The position numbers were made by a program, and so were the translations under genes. The notes under the pieces were generated by a model, which worked only from the letters and a program-made list of their open reading frames with translations, was not told where the DNA came from and did no database searches. A DNA stretch of 64,000 nucleotides from assembly GCF_964188315.1 (NCBI RefSeq), contig NC_135667.1:18042001-18106000 (forward strand), written 5' to 3'. Positions 55,235 to 64,000 of the stretch are shown here, one piece after another. The stretch comes from Podarcis muralis. Taxonomy: Eukaryota. Each line of letters begins with the position of its first letter. The first letter of the stretch is position 1.

Positions 55235-56563
55235 TATTTTGTTTTGCTCAACAAACATCAAATGGGGGTTTGTAGTTAACAGCCAGAAATCCAACATTGT
55301 CCAATTCACTCCAAACCTGTGTCAATGTTTTATAGTCATTTCAAACCCCCCAGTTTGTAGCGCCCCCACAACTGAGTAATTGATATTCAAACCAGGGGTA
55401 GCTTCATTAACTACAAACCCCAGAATTTGGGATCCGTTCCCAACCTCTGCCAATATTTTGTTGCCGTTTTGTAGCTGTGAGCCCCTCCAGCGACAGTTTC
55501 AGGTTGTGTGTGTGTGTGTGTGTGTAATCCATATATAATAATAAAACACTATAGCCTCCCTTGTGCCCAATTTTCTGAAGGAAACACAAACCCCATGCAG
55601 CCATCAGTGGAGACTATGGCAGCATGTAACAATATCAAACATGTTATGAAGCACGTCACATATCAAACTTGGAGTTTGCCTAATGGCTGGGCGCCAGACC
55701 AGGCCTTCAACCTGGGAATAAATGAAGTGATAATAAGGAAGGGCTTCTTGGTTACTTGAGCCAGCTGTGCAACACATCTGGCAAACAGCAGCAGAGCTCT
55801 CAAGATGCAAAATGTAGACTCTCTCAGTATCTGTCTCCCTTCCCAAGTGGTTTTGCCTGAACTGGCAAATCTCATAATGGATGAGTAATAGAAAGGGAGG
55901 CATGTGTGCGTATAGAAACTAGCTTCCTTTAAGATGGTTGCTCCCCGCCGCCTTTGGTCTCGGGCCCTATCCACCACTAGCATGTGGCCCTCAGAACAGA
56001 AGTTTGTTCTGAAGGGAATGTGACCTACTGGCTGAAAAAGATCCCCCAACCCTGTTTTGTTTGCCTCTAGAATATACCCCTGTAGAATAGAATATTTTTA
56101 TCCAACAGACTGGTCATTTCAAAGGGGAACTGAACGTAACAGTATGTAAAAAACTGGAGTTTTGCGGTCAAACAAGGTCGAAAGCTTCCTTATCTTAGAC
56201 CCGGAAAGTCCCTGAGGTGACTCAAAAGGAAGCAGCTGCCAGTGTGTTAGTAGGGCTGCCGGTGTCTTTGGCATTGACAGAGGAGGTGGAAATATCGCTA
56301 TTTGGAAGGAAATTGTCCCCGAATGGTTAATTGCAGAGAAGTTCAGAGGCTAATTTTTAAAAAGGATGCCACACCCACAGCTCAACCTGTCCCCAGGGCT
56401 GTAAAGGGGATTATGCAGTGGTCAGGGAAATACACTCTGCACATGCTCTGGGGCAGAGTGTCCTATTGCAACTTTTTTCTTTTAAGTCATCAAATAATTC
56501 CCGCTACATTAGCAATGATAATGTCATGCAACTTCACATTTTTCAGGACATTCAAAGAAAGTA

Positions 56564-56789
56564 TAGTGGTACCTCGGGTTACATACGCTTCAGGTTACAG
56601 ACTCCGCTGACCCAGAAATAGTACCTCAGGTTAAGAACTTTGCTTCAGGATGAGAACAGAAATCATGCTCCGGCGGCACAGCAGCAGCAGGAGGCCCCAT
56701 TAGCTAAAGTGGTACCTCAGGTTAAGAACAGTTTCAGGTTAAGAATGGACATCCGGAACGAATTAAGTACTTAACCTGAGGTACCACTG
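56564..56789 (-). mobile_element. Tc1/mariner (Tigger-like) MITE
   Basis: Reverse-complement copy of the 4321/55009 family. TA flanks. Confidence 0.88.
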
Positions 56790-57558
56790 TATAGCATCTG
56801 ACTCCGCTACTTGCCTCCCCCCCACCTGCCATCAATCAAATGCCCATTGGGTTGTATCTAAGCCAACAGAAGAACAGGCCTATTGAAACCAATGAATGTG
56901 ATTAACTTAAGTTTATTAATTCAGCAGGGTTTCTCTGCAGCTGACACACCATACATTAAAGCACATCTCCCACCCCCTGCAAAAGAATCTGGGGGCCTGT
57001 CCTTTACCCCTCACAAAGCTACATTTCCCAGCACCCCTAACATACCACGGTTCCCAGGATTTTTGGGGTGTGTGTATTCATTTCTAGCCACCTGGATTCA
57101 CAGCCAGCCACTAAACGGCAAACGTGCACCAAGTGAAAAGAAATCCCCTATGCCTTCTTTTCCCTAGCAAAGCACCTTCAGGACGACGTGATTGGCCGTC
57201 TGGCGTTATTCATGTGCACGTGTGAACGCACTGCAGCAAAGAAACGCGGGGGAGGGTTTGAACTATTGTAAAATTGCACGCATGCACTGGGCAACTTACT
57301 AGGGTTCCTCCCCACCCCCCGTGTTCTCCATTCATATTACAACCCAAAGCAAACACCTGCATGAAAACGTCCGGAGATGTAAGAAATCCATTAACGATGT
57401 GACAAAAAGCCGGCGTGCATTATCCTGTATTGCAAACGTCCAGTCTTGTCGAAGAGAAACAGGTTATAACAGTTTGAAAGAAACAAAGTAGCGATAATAA
57501 TAACAACAACAATAATAAGTATTATTAAAGGGTGCAAAATCACATTGGAAATGCAGGG

Positions 57559-57560
<2 letters not shown>

Positions 57561-57599
<39 letters not shown>
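57561..57599. repeat. (AG)n microsatellite in the NDUFA3 proximal promoter
   Basis: Seen directly, ending about 55 bp before the ATG. Confidence 0.95.
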
Positions 57600-57600
<1 letters not shown>

Positions 57601-57601
<1 letters not shown>

Positions 57602-57661
57602 ATAAAACTACAGTTCCCACAATGCATTGCGCCTCCTCAGCTTTCTTTTCAAGATGGCGGC
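57601..57661 (+). promoter_or_regulatory. NDUFA3 core promoter: TATAAAA, ZNF143/THAP11-type motif, YY1 motif
   Basis: TATAAAA at 57601. ACTACAGTTCCCACAATGCA at 57607-57626 matches the ACTACAnnTCCCAnnATGC SBS motif. CAAGATGGCGGC at 57650-57661 is the YY1 consensus overlapping the ATG. Confidence 0.6.
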
Positions 57662-57669
57662 GCTGAGCA
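57654..57669 (+). CDS. NDUFA3: NDUFA3 exon 1 (coding part)
   Basis: ATGGCGGCGCTGAGCA|gtaagt. Confidence 0.85.
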
Positions 57670-60600
57670 GTAAGTGCCCCAACTGTGTCTCTTTTTCTTT
57701 TTCTCCCTACTTATTCGGCTGGTGGGTCCGTGTCTTTTGAGTGGCGCGGGGTTCGTGGAGGGGTTTCCCCCCTTTGCTAGAGGGAGCCAGGGTTATGGCA
57801 ATGAGTGTTAAGTGGGGATCCGTTTTTGGGCGGGTTGTAAAGATAAACAAGGACATTCAAATTGTTAGGAGGATGACCTTCTTAAGTGGGTCGGTGGAGA
57901 AGGAAGGTGGCGGAGTCTTTAGGGCACGTGCAAACTGTGTGCACGGGGGAGGGTTGCCAGGTGGTACACGAGTACTTTGTGTATTTTCAGTGGACCACGA
58001 CCATAGTGTTGGAAGGGATCACAAGAGGCATCTAGCTCAACCCATTGCAGATACTGAAAATCCGCTACAGAAACATTTCTGATAGGCAGCCACCTTCCCT
58101 CTGCTTTTAAACCCCTAGTGAAGGAAAAGCGACCTGTGGGTGCCCACTCAGTCCTGAGCACAAGACACGTTACAAAACCTGTTCTCTCAGCTATGTTGTG
58201 AGCCAAGTGTGGTGGCAACCCCTTTCATACTTAACAGGGGTTAAGTCTCATTGAACTTGGTGGGACTTACTTCTGAATAGATTTTCGTAAGGTTCCACTG
58301 TGCATCCATTATTTTTACTTACTTAAAAAAATATGTCTCGGCTTTCCCATTAATAATGTGTCAAAGCGGTGTGCAGTATTATAAATGATCAGAAAAACCA
58401 AGGGCAAACCTTGGAAGCAGGAGCAAGAATAGCTCCGGGGAAATAAAAGTGTTCATCTGGCGTGTAGGCACCAAGCAAGTATCTGGTTGTTCCAAAGATG
58501 CAGTGAAAAGAAAAGGCCCCAACTCTGGTCACCACCTTAGAAAAATTGGGGTACCTAGAACAGAGCCTCTATAATTAAGGTCTTAATTATTGTTTCAATT
58601 TTTCAGATGGAAAAGTGAGGCGCTGAATGACAGATCTGCTCACGGTCTCCCAGTTGAGCAATTAGTGCCTCGTGCAACTCCTGGTTCCCAACCCTCTTAA
58701 ATTATGAATAAAAGATGCCCCAAAATCTGTCCTTTGTAGATCTGCCTGCACAAGCCAACTCCCTACTTTGCCACTAGCAATAAGACACTGTTTTTTAAAA
58801 GGAGATGCTGTTCCTGCCATGTTGGTAAGCTGCAGGGGCAGGCAAATATTAGATGCGAAAAATTCCTATCCTCCCAAATACTCTGATAGCTTCCTCCTGT
58901 TCTAACTTATTAGGCCTCCAAACATTGTCAGAGAAGCAAGTATTCAAAACAGTTCTAATAAGTGTGCATACTTCCTTATCCCACAGAAATTATCCCATTT
59001 CTGAAAAATGCATGGGGAAAGGATCCAGTTGTCGTTCTCTCTTTCGGCATTGGTTTTATGGGTGAGTTTGCATTACTTTTCCCTGCAGCCCAGGAATCCA
59101 CTTTCTTACTTAATACATTTTTGCAGTTTGCTCGTGGGTGCTGTGTATGGGGTCCCAGAGCTTGTTGCATCCAGACACTGACCAGGGCCAGTCCTGCTTA
59201 GCTTTAGAAAGGGTGCTGCACTATGGGTCTTCAGACCACATCCTTGGTATGTTATTGACCTAGCCCCCAATTTCTGGCCTTACACAATTTGCAGCATACA
59301 ACCCATACTGCAGTGGCATCACTGTCAAATTGTACTTTTTCAGAAACATACCAAATTTATACCATGGGTGGACTAATTCATAGCGATTGCTTTCAGGTAT
59401 TGGAGATATCAAGCAGACTTTCAGAAAGGTGCAGCCAGATCAAAGAGAGTGCAGTGGGGATGTTTTTGGGACTGCATACTGTACCATACTGTACCACCAA
59501 CCTTCCAGAAAACTGGAAGAAATCCTTTGTGTAGGCTAGGGACAGGGAACCTGTGGCCCTCCAATGACACACAATTTCTAGGGCAGTGTTTCCCAACCGG
59601 TGTTCCGCGGCACACTAGTGTGCCGCGAGATGTTGCCTGGTGTGCCGCGAGCGAGTCCAAAAAAGGTTGGGAAACACTGGTTTCTCTTTCAAAAAGGAAA
59701 CGTGGGTTAAAGCGGCGACGCCGCCTCCCACTCACTTTCCTGCTCTGGCTTCCCTAACAGTTTTCCGAGTTGCGTCACTGGATCCAGCCCCCTTTTCCAC
59801 ATGTGACACGGGGCTGGAGGGAGGGAAAGAGGGCTTTACGTCGCGCACAAAGGCAGCCTCCTAGAAGCGCTCTGGGCCGGCGCCGTTTCGCCGAAGGCGC
59901 CGGAGGACCCCCGGAGGATAGAAATCCATCTATCCTGGAGTGGGGCTTACCTGGGCGCCCCCCAATATTTTAATCCATTTGGCACCCCTGCTGCCCCCCA
60001 ACCGGAGGTCGCCCACTCTCCACCGGAGGAGACGCTGGAGCGCCACGACCCATCTGGATCAAGGCCCTCGGGCCCCGCTGCAGAGGAGGGGGTTCCCCTT
60101 CCCTTCCCCCGCGGGCGCCCCCTCGGCTCCCGCATCCCCCAGCGCGCCTGGACGCCGCCGCGCGCAGCCTCCCGGGGCTCGGAGGCTCTCCAGCAGCGGC
60201 AACATCTGGCGCACCGCCTCCCAGGCCGGGCGGCCGCGGTCCCTGGACGCCGCCGGCGCCTCCCCTCGAGGACTGCCGGTACCTGGCGCCCCGCCATCCC
60301 CGGCCAGGCTGGGCGGCCGCAGCCGCGTAGCCTCCGCTTCCGCCGGTCGGAGTGCAAAGGGCGCTCGGGTAGGCGCTGCGAGCCGGCGCTGCCTTTTTAT
60401 CCCGCCCCGTCGAGCCGGGGCCTCGCGGAGGCTCCCAGCTCCGCACCGGGCGCCCCTCCGCGCCCTCCCCTACCTGCTGGGCTGCTGGGAGAGGCGGCGG
60501 CGGGACGGCGCCCCGCGCCCCCCAAAGCGCCTTCCTTCCCGTCCCCGCCGTCCTGGCTCCCGGGGCGCACGGCGGGCTGGAAGGCAGCCTCCCTCTCCCG

Positions 60601-63600
60601 GAGCCGGAGCTGAGCCTCGCCGCCTCTCCAAATCGAGAACAAAGCCCGGGGGACAGGCGAGAGGGGGGCGCGGGACCCCCGACAGAACAATGGGGGGCCA
60701 GGGAGGGGAGGGGGCTTCCAAAGGATTAGGCAAATCCCGCGGGGATCCGAGGCCGGGATGTAGCTACAATGCAGCCACAGTTTTTATTTATTCCACATGT
60801 GACACGGGGCTGGAGGGAGGGAAAGAGGGCTTTACGTCGCGCACAAAGGCAGCCTCCTAGAAGCGCTCTGGGCCGGCACCGTTTCGCCGAAGGCGCCGGA
60901 GGACCCCCACCCTCAGCTCCTTCAGAAAGGAAGCCCCGCCCCTTGGCTCCCTACGCCGCCAGGCAGCTCAGCTGACTGATGAGGACGTTCTGTGGCGGCG
61001 GCCGCCGCACAACCACCGCAGTTGCTGGCAGCGTCCGCAGCGCAATAAGTAACAGCGCCTGGTGCTGCCAACTCTTTCTCTCTCTCTCCCGCCCCGCCCC
61101 CAAGCTCTCGCGCGCCCCGCGTCAACATCGCCGCGCGCAGCTTCCCGAGCTCGAGGCCAGCCGCTGCACGCACGCGCCGGCTCGTCATCAGCTCCGGTTG
61201 TTGCCTTTCTCCGCCGAGGTCGGTGGACCCCGAGCCTAGGCTTCCTTCCCGCACCCCGCTTTCCGAAGACCGCACACCAGTTGGGCCAGTACATATTCCC
61301 CTCCCGTGACTGGAGCGGAATAGCCCTTTCTCTTCTTCCCCAACCCTTGTCGTTGGAGGAGTCCCTCAGTCCCTCGCTTTGCTGCCTCCTCCCCCCCCAC
61401 CCCCAAAGCTTGGAGGTTCCCCGGCAAGGGGGAGGGGAAAAAATGGAAAGTTACACTTTCGTGCGTCCCTCCCGGCGTGACGCTGCGCGCTGACGTCACG
61501 GGGCTGTAATGGTGGTGTGCCTCGAGATTTTTTTCATCAAACAAGTGTGCCTTTGCCCAAAAAAGGTTGGGAAACACTGTTCTAGGGTGTAGCAAATGAG
61601 GGCCTTTGTGGATGATGTGATTAAGAGCTAAGGGCTAAAATTTGTTGCTTAGTGATTTTTTAATATTTTTTCAAAAACAGCAACTAAAAATTCCTTCACA
61701 TAGTAACATTCCCACCATAGATGCTAACTTCCTCCCCTTTTCCCAGACTCTCTCTAGCAGTCTGGAGAGATGTTGGGTTGATTCTTTTTAATTTAACTGG
61801 AACCCAGTGTCATCTATGTATTACTTTAAAAGTAGATGCCTGAACTTTTGTGGGCATAGTTTTAAATGGAGCTTTGCCCCAGAGAGCATTCGTTCTCCTC
61901 ATGTGTCTCTTGTCCTAAGTCAACTTCCCATACTCTTTTCAAGCCTAGTGTATTACCAGTCCATTCTGATAGGAGTGCCTTATAAATGCTAGATAGCATT
62001 CTTTTGGAGTTGGTGTTTGCCCATGACGGTGTTAGTGGCCAAGTATTAATGCCTGATTTGAGTTGTTGTTGAGCAAAAGAGCACACTTGGTATAGTTGAA
62101 ACCAATTAGGACAATTATCATCTAGTATTTGGCATAGCTTGTCTGTCAATGGTTTATTATTTTTATAATAAACCATTGACAGCAGGTCACATAATCTATA
62201 GATACCCTTTTCTCCCAGTTAGAGAATTGCCAGTGTTTATCTCTGTATTTAAAATCAGTATGCTCTATTATGGGTGTTCCCCTCCCAATATAGACAAAGG
62301 GTAGCCAGAAGATACAATTAGGATTTGTTGGTGGATATTTTGTGTAATTTGAAGTAGATTGGCAACTACTTCTTACTCCCAGTTGCTTAAAAATGACAAC
62401 TTTGAGATAACCTCCTGCCCAAGTTATACTGTTGAAATGTAGAAAGCCAAGAAAGTAGGTAACCAGAGGTAACTCTTCTATGGAAGGGCTCCTTTCTGGA
62501 ACTAGAAACCAATTCCTGGACTCAGAATTCTTGACTTCAAAGCCTTTTGCACTGGACTCTGATTGGCGGATCTCTTGAGTTTTCAAAAACAGAGCAGGTC
62601 CTCAAGGCTAAAGTCTTGCCCATCCCTATACTGATCTAAAGAGAGCAGTACTCTTGAGTTTATTTCTTTTGTTGTTAGTGGCTTGGTGTGCAATTTATGT
62701 TTTCAGTTTCTTTCTGACTCACACCTGTTTTTTTCCTTTCCGATTTCAGCTTTGGTGGCACCGTGGGTCAGTCCCTTAACAAAATACAGTTCCATGATGA
62801 CCCAGGCTGTACCATATACATATCCAGGTATAACCGCCTCCACAACACCTATCCCTTTAAAGGCAGTTCCTTAGGAGAGGAGCAGCATGAAATATTTGAC
62901 TCTATGTTTAGTGCAGCTGATGTTAGACAGGAATCTATGGCTGAGCTACTTCTTTGGAGCAAGGCAACTGAAGGTCTAATAGAAGTGATATGTGATGTCG
63001 TTGTTGGGATACTTGACAAATAAAAAATTAAAGCATACGCACCCAAATAAAATAACTGACTGCCAGGTCTGGAAGGCACGTACTGGAGAACTCCCAAAAT
63101 AGCTCAATTGTCATATTGTTCACCTTTTAACAAAACAGTCAAATTTTCACTACAATTGGCCTCCTTGCAGGAGAACTGAAAGTTGGCCAACACATTCTTG
63201 AAAATGAATCCATAGTTACCAGTGTACCGTTGCATATTACCACCCTACACACTGATTTGTGGGCAGATGGTCTGCACCTATAAAGCAAGCTGATTGGCTG
63301 GCAAAACCAGAATGGGCATAGTTTTCCCATCATTGCATCTCTATGCTAGGAGGAAATGGTTCTCCCTTAGCATTTCTCCCTGTAGCACAGCTTTTGTCAG
63401 GAAGAAAAATGTCAACGATGGCCGCACACACTTTCCAAAAATGAGGGTGGAGATGCAGTGGCGAGGTGACAAGCCAGTGGGCTACTTTGTGTTGAGGCAC
63501 CATTTTGTTCTGTACAGGGTCTCTTACTCAAATACTTGTTGTGTCCTTCCCTAACAGAAGTATTTGATTGTATCCAAGCTGCATTTGGGAGATAGACACA

Positions 63601-63721
63601 CTTGATTTCTGTTCTTTTCCTCTCTCCAGTTCCAGTTCGGGATGATGGCAATATGCCAGATATTCCCTCCCACCCTTGTGACAAGGAAGGACCAAGTCTT
63701 GAATGGCTAAAGAACTTCTGA
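57654..63721 (+). CDS. NDUFA3: NADH:ubiquinone oxidoreductase subunit A3; exons 57654-57669, 58987-59061, 62750-62827, 63630-63721; 86 aa
   Basis: The spliced product [86 protein letters not shown] matches NDUFA3 ([35 protein letters not shown]). GT-AG introns; AATAAA at 63829. Confidence 0.96.
58987..59061 (+). CDS. NDUFA3: NDUFA3 exon 2
   Basis: ccacag|AAATT...ATGG|gtgagt, 75 nt. Confidence 0.95.
59584..61579. mobile_element. Composite non-autonomous hAT (Charlie-like) element with ~1.8 kb GC/CpG-rich cargo (Pack-TIR-like), in NDUFA3 intron 2
   Basis: Outer TIRs CAGTGTTTCCCAACC / GGTTGGGAAACACTG. Perfect TSD TTCTAGGG (59576-59583 / 61580-61587). An extra internal right TIR ends at 59679. 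No transposase ORF. Confidence 0.9.
59795..60908 (+). repeat. 118-bp direct repeat pair (59795-59912 and 60791-60908) inside the hAT cargo
   Basis: TTCCACATGTGACACGGGGCTGG...GGAGGACCCCC occurs twice; one mismatch found by eye. Confidence 0.93.
61830..62500 (-). mobile_element. Degenerate L1 ORF2 C-terminal fragment
   Basis: WFQLYQV...[13 protein letters not shown]...[10 protein letters not shown] resembles the non-mammalian L1 ORF2 C-terminal region (FQYLQL...SKIYKLL...KWERDLG). Broken across frames. Confidence 0.55.
62750..62827 (+). CDS. NDUFA3: NDUFA3 exon 3
   Basis: atttcag|CTTTG...CCAG|gtataa, 78 nt. Confidence 0.95.
63630..63721 (+). CDS. NDUFA3: NDUFA3 exon 4 (coding part)
   Basis: ctctccag|TTCCAGTTCGGGATGATGGC...TTCTGA. 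Confidence 0.96.
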
Positions 63722-64000
63722 GACGGGCCCTTGTGATGAACAGGCCTAGAGAACCAACACTGAAGGGGCAACCCAGGCCTGCACTGTTCTCTGCTCTTTT
63801 GTGTACATGTGTAACATTTTCAGGATATAATAAACTTGCTAACTTAAAAGCAGGCTTCCTCAACCTTTCTCTTTGTTACCCCCCTCCCCCCAAACAAAGC
63901 ATTGCTAAAGGGGTTGGGACACTTAACCAAACTTAGGTATCACAGCTTCCTCTTTCAAGGGACACTGGGTATTGCTGTTCACCTGAGAGTAATTCCTGGC

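Noticed and set aside
59940-61493. Long Arg/Pro/Gly/Ala-rich ORFs (306, 158, 143, 136 aa) on both strands
   Set aside because: Expected stop-codon depletion in very GC-rich DNA. They overlap in many frames, show no domain motifs and are not a transposase.
61862-62586. 146-aa and 104-aa minus-strand ORFs as a nested gene
   Set aside because: Better explained as frameshifted remnants of L1 ORF2.

Overview
Vertebrate genomic DNA from a squamate, probably a lacertid lizard, judged from Sauria SINEs and CR1/L2/L1 repeats. Five spliced or single-exon genes can be reconstructed by hand. (1) FAM83E (+, 5 coding exons, 17156-35150, 530 aa). (2) SPACA4/Bouncer (+, single coding exon 23963-24337, 124 aa), nested in FAM83E intron 3 on the same strand. 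(3) An unrecognised minus-strand gene (about 43440-39853) predicted to encode a ~190 aa protein with a bipartite NLS, a Pro-rich linker and one LOTUS/OST-HTH-like domain. (4) An OSCAR/LILRA-type activating Ig receptor (-, 53533-46697) with three Ig exons and an Arg-containing TM. (5) NDUFA3 (+, 57654-63721), head-to-head with the Ig receptor. The window opens inside an apparently intact CR1 LINE, whose ORF1/ORF2 junction carries an in-phase U_UUA_AAC -1 frameshift heptamer. NDUFA3 intron 2 contains a 2-kb hAT element with a perfect 8-bp TSD carrying a CpG-island, promoter-like cargo. The rest is SINEs, MITEs and LINE fragments, including a 5'-inverted L1 with a 15-bp TSD. All gene models come from manual reading of splice sites and from remembered family motifs; no database searches were run. 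No tRNA/rRNA genes or CRISPR arrays are supported.
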